Shown: one piece after another, positions 9,477-19,045 of the stretch | Position numbering within the stretch: the stretch's first letter is position 1 | Layout: each line of letters starts with the position of its first letter | Source of the DNA: Hyphomicrobiales bacterium | GTDB lineage: Bacteria; Pseudomonadota; Alphaproteobacteria; Rhizobiales; Xanthobacteraceae | DNA length: 56,315 nt | Assembly (NCBI GenBank): GCA_031389105.1 | Contig: JANMSH010000413.1 | Location: forward strand, 1 to 56,315 | Direction: 5' to 3' | Made by a program: the position numbers and the translations under genes | The notes under the pieces: model-generated | Told to the model about the DNA's origin: nothing | Database searches by the model: none | What the model saw: the letters and a program-made list of their open reading frames with translations, nothing else

Positions 9477-11342
9477 CTACCTGCGGCTGCCGAGTTGCAT
9501 GACGAACCGCAGCGGTGCAGTGATCCGCCATGATGTCGAGGATTGCAGCGCCTCTATTTCGCCCTTGAGGATTTGAGCGCTGTAAATCGCATTCAAACGG
9601 CTAGCTTCCATGGAATCCGATTGAAGTCCTCGCCCTCTCATGAGGTTTCCGACTTTTCGAATTGGCGCTGTAAATCGCCATGATTTCGAGGAATACATGT
9701 AGGCGAGCGTTCCCCGCAGCCCCTCGACGTCTGCGGTAGGCGTCGAGCCGTTGGCAGCAATCTGAGGCTGCGGCACGTAGCCAACTTCCTTCTGGGCAAT
9801 CCGTTGAAGACGGCCAACTTCCTTCATGTGTCCTTTTGAAGCGGCCACATCGGGCTTTTCGGCAGGCGTTTTGTCCGGCTGAGCGGCTGCTTTGGAGTGG
9901 CCGCCATTGCTCGACTTTCCGGAGCCGCCTTTTTGTTCACTGGATGCCAGCGTCGGCTTCGAACGGGCGAGTTCGGGGTATTGACGACGGTTCTTATATC
10001 CGTCCGAGATCGCGGCCATAATTTCCGCGGTCGAATAGACTTTCTTACGCTCGGCATTCTCTTCGTTGATGAAGTACATCTTGTTTATGAACTCAAGATC
10101 TCGCTCCAGCATCGGGAACGTCGGCTTGCGGTCGACGAATTTCGCATAGAGCGGATGCTTCTCACCGACAAAGATGCCGTTGGTAACGACGAAAATGCGG
10201 CCAGGTACATTGTCAATCTGGACCAGTCCCACGGGAACAAAGCCTGCCGACTTCATATTTGCGAAAATGGAATCGTATGTCGGCGGGCCACCGCCCAAAC
10301 ACTGCGAGATGATGACGCCATCGTCGGACAAGACATCGCGGATCAGCGACAAATACTGAAACAGCGCCTCGCGGCTGAACTCGTTGAGATTGGCGTTAGA
10401 ACTGACGATGTCGTATTTTCGTTTAGCTACATCGCCGATACGCCACCACGGGAAGTGATTGCAGACGGGATCTCGCGCAATGCTAACGACTTTTTGCTCT
10501 TCGTAATGAAACGGGTTGTGCCATTTCAGTTTGGGGTGATAGGCGCCATGGTCATTGAGAGCGTGCTTGGAGAGCGCATGCTCATCGAAGCGCGAGCCGA
10601 AGATATGCGAGTTGATGTGGCTTTGTAGGAGATAGAAACTTTCGGTCGATTCGATCTGGGTGTAATCGACGAGCGACTTGTGGTCGCGGAGGAAAAAACT
10701 CAAGTAGCCGCAGCCGGGTCCCAATTCGAGCAAGCGGCTAAAATTCGGCGAGAAACCGGACAGTTTTTTATAGATGACGAAGTGCGCCATCATCGTCGAA
10801 AGCGGCAACACCACGCGGTCCCGTTGAAATACCGAATGATAGAAATCGACGTAGTCGAGACAGACCTTTACGAAAAGTTCTTTGTCCTCTTCAGTGAAGC
10901 CGCCGATTTCCTTAATATAGAAGTCGAAGCGATCCTCCTGCATCGTGTCGAGAATTTGCGCCAAGTCCAAAAATGAATCGACGCGGACCGGGAAGCCCTG
11001 GTTTTGAAAAATATAGGGGTCGTTGATATTGGAAAGTCGCCAATCCGCGATGGCCCTTTTCGCGTTTGTTTCGTTCGAGCGATACGCACTTGCGTCAAGC
11101 ATGCTAATTCGTGCTCCAGCCTCAATAGGGGAACCAACGGCCCATTTTTCCTTCGCCCCCATAGCAAATGAGGCTAATTTTGACCAGCCCTTGCGGCAAT
11201 TTGGCCCAAAATCTGCTTCCGCAATGGGCCCACCAATAGGGTCCGGAAAAAGCCGATCCGCGAACAAGGACTGCGAGATCGCCATAGCAATGGCGGCTGG
11301 ACGAGCCGCCTCATTGAGGCGCATTGCCAGCCCCCTAGACAT
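9477..11342 (-). CDS. Methyltransferase-like protein (paralog of 4279-5550) with low-complexity linker and tandem C-terminal 'SxSWRxTAP' motifs
   Basis: 'LLELGPGCGYL', 'SFYLLQSH', 'HFPWWRI', 'SSNANLNEF'. The C-terminus has SSKSWRFTAPIR and SSTSWRITAPLR. I trimmed the start to ATG 11342 (alternative 11324) because the ORF-track extension overlaps the + strand gene. Confidence 0.7.
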   Translation of the reverse strand: MSRGLAMRLNEAARPAAIAMAISQSLFADRLFPDPIGGPIAEADFGPNCRKGWSKLASFAMGAKEKWAVGSPIEAGARISMLDASAYRSNETNAKRAIADWRLSNINDPYIFQNQGFPVRVDSFLDLAQILDTMQEDRFDFYIKEIGGFTEEDKELFVKVCLDYVDFYHSVFQRDRVVLPLSTMMAHFVIYKKLSGFSPNFSRLLELGPGCGYLSFFLRDHKSLVDYTQIESTESFYLLQSHINSHIFGSRFDEHALSKHALNDHGAYHPKLKWHNPFHYEEQKVVSIARDPVCNHFPWWRIGDVAKRKYDIVSSNANLNEFSREALFQYLSLIRDVLSDDGVIISQCLGGGPPTYDSIFANMKSAGFVPVGLVQIDNVPGRIFVVTNGIFVGEKHPLYAKFVDRKPTFPMLERDLEFINKMYFINEENAERKKVYSTAEIMAAISDGYKNRRQYPELARSKPTLASSEQKGGSGKSSNGGHSKAAAQPDKTPAEKPDVAASKGHMKEVGRLQRIAQKEVGYVPQPQIAANGSTPTADVEGLRGTLAYMYSSKSWRFTAPIRKVGNLMRGRGLQSDSMEASRLNAIYSAQILKGEIEALQSSTSWRITAPLRFVMQLGSRR

Positions 11343-11384
11343 CGAGGCGTATTCAAGGGTACTCGATAGCGAGACAGCGGGGAC

Positions 11385-12983
11385 ATGGAGCAATTGGGGC
11401 GTTTCACCTTGCCGGGCGGGACCATGTTTTCGCTTCTTGGCCGGGCGGCCAAGATTTTGGCGGCCCATATCACGGCGACCGCGACTTTCCTTTTCATTCA
11501 AGCTCTGAAGACCATCCGTCAGCCTTCCCGGTTGGCGGCGGTACCGTATTTTATCTTGCGTCCAATTGTTCGCCGATCTTACTTGAAGACGCTTCCAAAT
11601 TTGAATGTCCCAATTGTCAGCGCTCATGCGCGTGAGGTTAACGCTCGGGACCAAGCGTTCGAGCATTTTCTCGAAGGCCACAGGCGCCTCGACGAAGGCC
11701 AGACCGAAGAAGCGTGGGAAGCTTTTCGCCGAAGCATTGAAACGAGTACCGACCCGGGTCATTTTTTTATGGCCGCTCTGGTTTTGATTGTCGGGCTCGG
11801 ACGCTACAAAGAAGGTGTTGCTGTATTCGCGCGCGCCAACGCAATCCGGCAAGAGCAGGTGAAGGCGTTTGGGCTGACTGAAAGCCCGCTGCGATATCTT
11901 GATAGAACCTGGGCCGGCTCATTCGGGCACATTGCCGAAATCGACTACCCAATTAAATTGGGAATTCTTGAAGGCCGCTCGATCTACGACACAATTTTAT
12001 ATGTCCCGCCGGATGTGAAGGTCCCCAACCGCTTTCTGCTGGAACAGTGGCGGCCTCATTTGACAATAGTGATACCAGAAGCGGATCTTCCGTTGCCGCC
12101 GGACTCCCTCGAAGCATTGTGCTTCGACTTTCGCGGTCCCCTACTCGCCGATGGTTCGACGGCCCATTACTGGGAGGCCGCGGCCAAGACCTATCGACGC
12201 TGGTACGCCGAAAACAGAGGACCGATCCTCAGCTTTCCAGAAGACGTTGCCCACCGAGGGCGGCTGACGCTGGAAAAGGCCGGCGTTCCGACCAATGCAT
12301 GGTACGTCGCTTTGCACGTCCGCGAAGCGGCATCCAAACCCATGCATTCAGACATGCATAATGTCCTGAATGCGCGCATTGCCGACTACCTGCCTGCGAT
12401 CGAGGAAGTCACGCGCCGCGGCGGATGGGTCATTCGCATGGGCGACCCGACAATGACGCCATTGGCGCCAATGCCCAATGTCCTCGATTATTGCCACAGC
12501 GACATTCGCTCCGACTGGATGGATATCTACCTTTTCGCGAGCGCCCGCTTTTTCATCGGGACGTCGTCCGGGCCGGCGTATGTTCCCCCGATTTACGGCG
12601 TTCCTTGTGTTCTCACAAATTGGTGGCCGCCGGCGCAACGGCCATGGCATCCGCAAGACATCTTCATTCCCAAACTCTATCGGCGCCTCAGCGACGACAG
12701 CCATCTCACTTTGTCCGAAACGCTGAGTGAGCCTTTCGGCTATTGCAATTCCATCGACTATCTAAAGCGGCGCGAAAACGTCGTGGTGGAAGACAACACA
12801 CCGGACGACATTCATGCCGCCGTTTGTGAGATGTTTGCCCGGCTTGAGCAGACTAAAATTTACGACCCGGAAGATTTTAAATTACGCGAGCGGATCGAGC
12901 GCATCTACGAAGCGAATTCGGGACATGGAATGGCTTCGATCAGCCGGGATTTTCTGAGAAGCCACCAAGCGTTTATAAAATAA
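11385..12983 (+). CDS. TIGR04372-family putative glycosyltransferase (copy 2)
   Basis: 'GSFGHIAEID', 'WYVALHVRE', 'GGWVIRMGDP', 'FFIGTSSGP', 'TNWWPPAQRPWH'. Alternative start at 11424. Confidence 0.8.
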   Translation: MEQLGRFTLPGGTMFSLLGRAAKILAAHITATATFLFIQALKTIRQPSRLAAVPYFILRPIVRRSYLKTLPNLNVPIVSAHAREVNARDQAFEHFLEGHRRLDEGQTEEAWEAFRRSIETSTDPGHFFMAALVLIVGLGRYKEGVAVFARANAIRQEQVKAFGLTESPLRYLDRTWAGSFGHIAEIDYPIKLGILEGRSIYDTILYVPPDVKVPNRFLLEQWRPHLTIVIPEADLPLPPDSLEALCFDFRGPLLADGSTAHYWEAAAKTYRRWYAENRGPILSFPEDVAHRGRLTLEKAGVPTNAWYVALHVREAASKPMHSDMHNVLNARIADYLPAIEEVTRRGGWVIRMGDPTMTPLAPMPNVLDYCHSDIRSDWMDIYLFASARFFIGTSSGPAYVPPIYGVPCVLTNWWPPAQRPWHPQDIFIPKLYRRLSDDSHLTLSETLSEPFGYCNSIDYLKRRENVVVEDNTPDDIHAAVCEMFARLEQTKIYDPEDFKLRERIERIYEANSGHGMASISRDFLRSHQAFIK

Positions 12984-13001
12984 GCTGAGAATGATTTAAT
13001 G

Positions 13002-14972
13002 TCACTTAAGCGGCCGCAGCTGCAGCTGCAGCTTTTCAAACATTCCTTGGACAAGATAGTCCGCCCCGACGCCCGTTAGATGCGAGCTATCCCAGGCAAC
13101 GGGCTCGCCACCGACAAAGGTCGAGCAGCCCCCCGCATTGCAGAATGCATCAAAGGCAGAGAAGTAAGTGATTGCGTTGTTTGCCGCGATATCCCGCATG
13201 AACCTGTCTGTCTGCCGAACGGTTTCCGTTGCTATATTATTCATTCTGGCGGGAATTCGATGCGGCCACTCACTTTTGTAAGCCTCGAAGATTGCCTTCG
13301 GCAAAGACGGATTCCAAATTGGCACCGGTCCAATAAGCACTATTTCGATGCCCGCATCCTTCAGCAACTTCACGGTTTCAGGGAATTTCTCTCGACTAGC
13401 CGCCTCACCATAGAAGCCCCAACTTCCATGAAGAAATACGATCTTCGGCTTTAGATTGAGAATCTTCCTCAACACAAAATCATTTATCGGCCGGCACGGT
13501 GCGCGATTTGGCGCATCATAATCTATATAGGGCGGGCAGGAATTGGTCGTGAGCTGCCCGAGTGAGAACCCCTCGGATTTTTGGATCGATTTAAAACCGG
13601 GATAGAGCGCGCCCGCATGAGAATCGCCCCATAGAAAAATTAACGGCTGTCCAGGCGACTCTGGCGGATCAACACAGTCCGCCGTGAATGATTTTTCGGT
13701 TTGACCGGCGCCCAGAAGGCATCGGCCGGTGCGGTATTCACGGTTATAGTCGAATTTATAATTTGTCAGATTTTGCCAGACCTGCGGAAATCGGTTCAGA
13801 AACCCATCCATCAAATAAGTCGCCACACCCAGCGCACCGACACACACCGTTGAAACTATCAGCGCGATTGGAACGCTTCTTCTGAGCTTGGAAAATCGTC
13901 CATGCCGGATCGGCTTTTCGAAGAACTCGTAGGTTAGCCAAGCCAAGACCATCGCCAGAGCGACCGCAGCAATCTTTATTTCGCGGGGAGGATTCTGCGC
14001 ATAAATATTTTCGGCAAATGACAGCAGTGGCCAGTGCCATAGATACAGCGGGTAACTGATAAGACCGACGAAAACCAAAAGGCGATTTGCAAGAATGTTA
14101 CGATTGATCCAGGCATCGTTACCAACCGCCATGAGCAAGAATGCCCCAAGGGTCGGCATAAGAGCCCACCAGCCGGGATACTTCATCGACTTATCGAGAT
14201 AGGCGACCGATACAACGATCAACGCAATTCCGCAGGCGGCCGTAAAATTGAGAAGCACCGCTTCTATGTTTGGATTATAGCGCTGTATCCACGGGCGAAA
14301 GGCAGGCCGCCACCTTTGGCCATTGCTCTCGCCGAATGCCAGCAACGCTCCCAACATCAATTCCCACATGCGGCTCATCGGAAGGTAGAAGGCCGTAATT
14401 GGGCTGGTGACAATTTGCACAGCATTGAACGAGAACGAGACAAATCCGAATATTACAATCACGACCAGAATATTCAGACGCCGCTTCCATGAAATCAGCA
14501 GTAAGATCGGCCATAAAATATAAAACTGCTCTTCAACGCCGAGCGACCACAGATGTAGCAGTGGCTTAAGTTGCGCTTCGGTGTCGAAATATCCGGACTC
14601 ATTCCAGAGAATGAAATTCGATATAAAAGCGCTGCCACCCGCAATATGCTTGCCCAGATTTTGGTACTCGTCGGCAAGCAGAACGAACCATCCGATCGCC
14701 CACGTCGTCAGAAGGACAACAGCGAGAGCCGGGAAAATCCGCTTGATACGTCTACTGTAGAAATCTAGGAACGAAAACGTGCCGGCCTCGAGCGACTTTA
14801 AAAGTATGCCGGAAATCAGAAACCCGGAAATGACAAAGAATATATCGACACCGACAAAGCCGCCCGGAACAAATTGAGGAAACGTGTGGAAGCCGACGAC
14901 GGTTAAGACGGCAATGCCACGAAGCCCATCAATATCGGCGCGATAGCCTGAACCTGCGGGTGCAAACGACAT
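13002..14972 (-). CDS. OafA-type O-acyltransferase (Acyl_transf_3 + SGNH domain)
   Basis: 'YRADIDGLRGIA', 'GVDIFFVISGFLI', 'HLWSLGVEEQFY', 'SYPLYLWHWP'. SGNH motifs 'WGDSHA' and 'DSSHL'. Confidence 0.92.
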   Translation of the reverse strand: MSFAPAGSGYRADIDGLRGIAVLTVVGFHTFPQFVPGGFVGVDIFFVISGFLISGILLKSLEAGTFSFLDFYSRRIKRIFPALAVVLLTTWAIGWFVLLADEYQNLGKHIAGGSAFISNFILWNESGYFDTEAQLKPLLHLWSLGVEEQFYILWPILLLISWKRRLNILVVIVIFGFVSFSFNAVQIVTSPITAFYLPMSRMWELMLGALLAFGESNGQRWRPAFRPWIQRYNPNIEAVLLNFTAACGIALIVVSVAYLDKSMKYPGWWALMPTLGAFLLMAVGNDAWINRNILANRLLVFVGLISYPLYLWHWPLLSFAENIYAQNPPREIKIAAVALAMVLAWLTYEFFEKPIRHGRFSKLRRSVPIALIVSTVCVGALGVATYLMDGFLNRFPQVWQNLTNYKFDYNREYRTGRCLLGAGQTEKSFTADCVDPPESPGQPLIFLWGDSHAGALYPGFKSIQKSEGFSLGQLTTNSCPPYIDYDAPNRAPCRPINDFVLRKILNLKPKIVFLHGSWGFYGEAASREKFPETVKLLKDAGIEIVLIGPVPIWNPSLPKAIFEAYKSEWPHRIPARMNNIATETVRQTDRFMRDIAANNAITYFSAFDAFCNAGGCSTFVGGEPVAWDSSHLTGVGADYLVQGMFEKLQLQLRPLK

Positions 14973-15101
14973 TCAGGCCAGTCCAATACTCGCAAAACGG
15001 TAATTCTATTTTAGGCCGAGATAAGACCGAAACGGAATTTCCAAGGCGCTACTTTTATCCTTCGGGAGAAGCCCGTCCGAGCAATCGAAATAGCAGCGAA
15101 A

Positions 15102-15452
15102 TTAACCCGCCAGCGAGATAAACCCCTTCGGCGGTTGATAGCTTTGCCGATACTCCTCGATAATGGCTGTCGCCCGCTCCGCCGGGTCGCCCTCTTGCCG
15201 CTTGAGATCCAGCAGATAAACCTGGAGCTCGCCGTCGTTTTCCGCCTCCCACTGGCCGACCTTGGGATGACCGGACAAGATCATGCCTTCGGCGCCGCTA
15301 TAGCCTACATCCAAAAGCCGGAAGATCGGATTCCAAGGATCACCGGTGCGGCTCACGATCGCGAACACCGCAGGATTGTGGTTCTTCTTCACAACCACCT
15401 GGTCGATCGACGATGGCCCGTAGAAGAGGCGGCCGGAAATCTTCAATCCCAT
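15102..15452 (-). CDS. Hypothetical protein, possibly a degenerate GIY-YIG-like fold
   Basis: 116 aa, starting 9 nt after the radical SAM stop. Contains 'PAVFAIV...LLDVGYSG...IIEEYRQSYQPP'. Confidence 0.6.
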   Translation of the reverse strand: MGLKISGRLFYGPSSIDQVVVKKNHNPAVFAIVSRTGDPWNPIFRLLDVGYSGAEGMILSGHPKVGQWEAENDGELQVYLLDLKRQEGDPAERATAIIEEYRQSYQPPKGFISLAG

Positions 15453-15461
15453 CGTAAACCG

Positions 15462-16529
15462 TCAAGTCTCTACTGCGCTGCCGGCATCGTCGTGAATGCC
15501 GAGGCCGAATTTGCTCTCGCGGGCTTTCTCGGCGTTGGCAACGACCTTCCAGTAATTGTGGTTCCACGACCGGTACTTCCAGTCGGGACAGCCGCGGCAC
15601 AGCGGGATATCCGAGCCCTTTCCGGCCAGATGCTTCTCGCGATAAAACTTGAACCCAGGCCCATGCCAAATCTCGGCGATCGAACCGTTGGCGACGGTAC
15701 CCATCGATGTGTTGGCGGAGATATCGTAACCGCACACCATCACGTTGCCGCGGCTATCGATGTTCAAACGCTCAAAAATGAAGGGACACGGTGTATCTTC
15801 AGTGTCGAGATAGGGCAGCGGATCGGCGGAGCGCCCACCGTCGAGCGTCGTGTTGCCGCCCCAGGTCAAGAACTTGCGCTTGATCAGATAGTCCGCGCCC
15901 AACCCGTCGACCCAGAACTTCTCGATTTCGTTGATGTCCACGCCGTCCTGGTTCACCGCCGAGCAAACGATCTTGGACGTGCTGCGCATTTCCTTGCGCA
16001 GCGCGACCATCCGCTTGAAGTTGGTCAGCAGAAGGTCCCAATCGAGGCCCTTGCGGAAAATTCCGTAGGCCGCCGGATCGCAGGCGTCTACCGAGAATTC
16101 GATCATGTCGACGCCAGCTGCGAGCAGCGCCCGCGAATTGGCTTCGTCGAACAGCGAGCCGTTCGTGATCAAACCGATCTTGCAGCCTTTGCTCTTGGCA
16201 TAGACCAGCAGCTCGGTGGCTTTCGGGTGCAGCATAGGCTCGCCGCCGCCGGAAATCCGGAGATAGGCCCCATGCGGACCCGACTCGTCGGCGATCTTTT
16301 TGAAGATCTCATCCGACATATAGGGCGCGTCACGATACTCTTTGCGGATGTTCGAATTCGTATAGGGGCAGTGCGGGCAAAGCGCATTGCACGGATAGGC
16401 AAACGACAGCACCAGCATCATGGGATAGTTAGCTGCCTCCGGCCGAAGCCCATAGGGCTCATGTGCGGGAGTGGCGGCGGCTGTCACTTCAGTCGTTACA
16501 TCAGTCATCAGATGACTTTCTGAAATCAC
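15462..16529 (-). CDS. Radical SAM protein with SPASM/twitch domain
   Basis: CNALCPHC, 'GGGEPML', 'ITNGSL', C-x17-C ... CRGC. GTG start overlaps the upstream stop (alternative ATG 16508). Confidence 0.9.
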   Translation of the reverse strand: MISESHLMTDVTTEVTAAATPAHEPYGLRPEAANYPMMLVLSFAYPCNALCPHCPYTNSNIRKEYRDAPYMSDEIFKKIADESGPHGAYLRISGGGEPMLHPKATELLVYAKSKGCKIGLITNGSLFDEANSRALLAAGVDMIEFSVDACDPAAYGIFRKGLDWDLLLTNFKRMVALRKEMRSTSKIVCSAVNQDGVDINEIEKFWVDGLGADYLIKRKFLTWGGNTTLDGGRSADPLPYLDTEDTPCPFIFERLNIDSRGNVMVCGYDISANTSMGTVANGSIAEIWHGPGFKFYREKHLAGKGSDIPLCRGCPDWKYRSWNHNYWKVVANAEKARESKFGLGIHDDAGSAVET

Positions 16530-17578
16530 ATAAGATCCGCGGCCTGGACGTCTTTCGGCGTCTTGGACTCGTCGTCGTAGTACCAGAACGGCCGGGTTCC
16601 CTCGACGCTTTCCTCTTCGTAGTTTGCGCCCGCAACCTGCCAGTCGCCACAGCCCTTGCAGATATCCGGAAGGTCCTTCCAGCGATGCTCGCGGTGCACC
16701 TTGCGCAGTTGCTCGCCAAGACGCTGCCAGGCTTCCTTGACCGAAATGTCTTTTACATTGCCGACCTTCAGGCGACCCTCGTAGTCGATGGCGCAGGCCA
16801 CTACGCTGCCATCCTGATGGATAGCCATCGTGTTATTGCCCCACGGGCAAGCGATCCGAAACTCGCGGTCGTGCGCGATCGTGTCCGTGCGGACCGAACC
16901 TGTGCGGGTCCACTCAAGCATCGGGCGCACCTTCACTTCGGCGCCACGCTCGTGCCAATACTTGCGATAGGCCTCGACCTCGTGGGCGTTCTGCGGCATG
17001 ACCGAGAACTGGGCGGTGATGGCCGGGTACTTCTGACCACGGCGAATGCGTTCGGCACACAGCCGCTCGACGGCGGGATAGACTTCGTCCCACTTAGCCT
17101 TTTCGCGGATCAACTCAAAGGTTTCCTTCGATAGCCCGTCGAGCGAAATGATGAAGCGCTTCAGCGGCGAATTCAGAATCCGATCGATCTGGTCCCAGCG
17201 GTCAAGCAAAGTGCCGTTGGAATTCAGGACAAGGTTCTTGCAGCCGACCTTGTCGGCGTATTCCAGGCGATCCCACAGCTCGTTCTTGTAGCCCATGATG
17301 AGGGCTTCGCCGTAGAAGGTCGGCCAGATCTCGCAGTTCGGCAGTTCGCGGCCGACTTCCTCGACGATCTTGTTATAGAGCCCGCGATCCATATGCCGCT
17401 TCTTGCGGATCAGTTCGCGGTGGCTGCAATGGATGCATGTCAAATTGCAGATCGAGGTGTTCTCGATCACAAGCTGGGGCGGGAACGGATGTTCGACCAG
17501 CTTCCGCTCAATACTGAGCAGTTCCTTGCGCCGGGTCTCATCGTCCAAGTGCTTGGGAAGGCTTGCAAAATCGACCAT
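16526..17578 (-). CDS. Radical SAM protein with SPASM/twitch domain
   Basis: CNLTCIHC, 'FYGEALI', 'NSNGTLL', 'ISLDG', C-x17-C ... CKGC. Confidence 0.9.
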   Translation of the reverse strand: MVDFASLPKHLDDETRRKELLSIERKLVEHPFPPQLVIENTSICNLTCIHCSHRELIRKKRHMDRGLYNKIVEEVGRELPNCEIWPTFYGEALIMGYKNELWDRLEYADKVGCKNLVLNSNGTLLDRWDQIDRILNSPLKRFIISLDGLSKETFELIREKAKWDEVYPAVERLCAERIRRGQKYPAITAQFSVMPQNAHEVEAYRKYWHERGAEVKVRPMLEWTRTGSVRTDTIAHDREFRIACPWGNNTMAIHQDGSVVACAIDYEGRLKVGNVKDISVKEAWQRLGEQLRKVHREHRWKDLPDICKGCGDWQVAGANYEEESVEGTRPFWYYDDESKTPKDVQAADLM

Positions 17579-17809
17579 TAACCGAGTTCCAGTGCGGAGG
17601 GTTTAGCGCAGCCCCAATCTGCCTACGCGATCCAAAGCCGTAGCGCGAATTGGCTACCATCGCAAGCCAAAGTCCTCCGGCTACGCCGTAAAGCAGACCC
17701 ACGGTTAAGCGGCGGCAAGCCGTGAAATTCCATTAACGAATACTGCTGGCCTAAAAAATGAACTTAAGTTCCACGCCGCGGCAAACGCGCGATACCAGCG
17801 GTATACTGA

Positions 17810-18955
17810 CTAATCCAGGATCGTGTGCAGATGGTCGGCCACGATATCAATCTCGCGGTCCGTCATTGCTGGATAAAACGGCAAAGAAATAGCCGCATCG
17901 CCGATTTGTTCGGCGATTGGAAAGTCGCCTGGTTTGAAGCCGAAATTTTCCCGGAAATACTTGAGAAGATGGATCGCGCGATAGTTCACGACGACGCCCA
18001 CTTCTCGCCGCTGCAACTCTGCGACCACTTCGTCCCGCCGGCCCCCATCCACGAAGATCGGAAACAGATGGTGAGCATGGACATCGTCAGGACCGGACGA
18101 CAGCGTGGGTATACGGACGCCGGAAATTCCAGCGAGCTTTGAAGCATAGCGGTGGGCGAGCGCCTTACGGCTGGTGAGCTTGTCGGCAAGACGATCGAAC
18201 TGCGGAAGCAAAAGCGCAGCTTCAATATTGCTCATGTTGTATTTCCAGCCCATCAGGACCATGTCCCAATGAGTGTAGCCCTCGCGGGCACGATCGGCCG
18301 CAATCTTGGTCATGCCGTGGACGCGAAGAAGCTTGAGCTTCTCGAAAAGCGCGTCGTCACGGACAACCAAGGCGCCGCCTTCGCCGCAGGTCAGATTTTT
18401 GGTCGCGTAGAAACTGAAGCATGCTGTCCCCCCGAGTCCCCCGGGCCGCACACCGTCGCGAATTCCCTCGACGCAATGAGCGGCGTCTTCGATTATCGCG
18501 AGACCATGCCGGTCGGCAATATCGCGCAGAGCCCGCATATCGCACATCAAACCGAATAGATGGACCGGCATGATCGCCTTAGTACGCGGCGTAATCGCAG
18601 CCTCAACCTTGGCGGCATCGAGATTGCCCGACTCCGGCTCGACATCGACGAAAACTGGCTTGGCGCCTGTCTCCAGGATCGACGTCGACGTCGCAATGAA
18701 TGTCATCGGCGTCGTGATCACTTCGTCGCCCGGCCCGATGTCCAGAGCGAGAAGCGACATGTGCAGCGCGCCGGTGCAACTGGTGACGCAAAGGCAATGT
18801 GGAACGCCGAGATACTCGGCTAACTTCCGTTCGACCCGTTCCACATATTCGCCAGTGGTCAGAATAGGCTGAGCGAGAACTTCGCGAACCATCTCAAGCT
18901 CGGCCTCGCCGAGGTCATGGCGATAAAACGGGACGCTGCCGGTGTTGGAGATCAT
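17810..18955 (-). CDS. DegT/DnrJ/EryC1/StrS PLP-dependent sugar aminotransferase (ArnB/PseC-like)
   Basis: 'SCTGALH', 'IIEDAAH', 'FSFYATKNLTCGEGG' (PLP lysine), 'ISLPFYP'. Confidence 0.93.
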   Translation of the reverse strand: MISNTGSVPFYRHDLGEAELEMVREVLAQPILTTGEYVERVERKLAEYLGVPHCLCVTSCTGALHMSLLALDIGPGDEVITTPMTFIATSTSILETGAKPVFVDVEPESGNLDAAKVEAAITPRTKAIMPVHLFGLMCDMRALRDIADRHGLAIIEDAAHCVEGIRDGVRPGGLGGTACFSFYATKNLTCGEGGALVVRDDALFEKLKLLRVHGMTKIAADRAREGYTHWDMVLMGWKYNMSNIEAALLLPQFDRLADKLTSRKALAHRYASKLAGISGVRIPTLSSGPDDVHAHHLFPIFVDGGRRDEVVAELQRREVGVVVNYRAIHLLKYFRENFGFKPGDFPIAEQIGDAAISLPFYPAMTDREIDIVADHLHTILD

Positions 18956-19045
18956 CTGGGCGTCACTCGATTTGCCACAAACCTGGCGTTGGGCACGGCA
19001 ACAAATTTAATGCGTAGTCATACAGCCGCCGGCTCGACTTAAACC

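Noticed and set aside
11343-11852. N-terminal extension of the 791-aa ORF
   Set aside because: It overlaps the + strand TIGR04372 gene, and similarity to the paralog begins further downstream, so the start was moved to 11342/11324.
15102-17578. RiPP cluster (SPASM maturases with a precursor peptide)
   Set aside because: There is no RRE/PqqD domain, peptidase or credible short precursor. The auxiliary Cys pattern is the short type and the context is entirely NDP-sugar enzymes.
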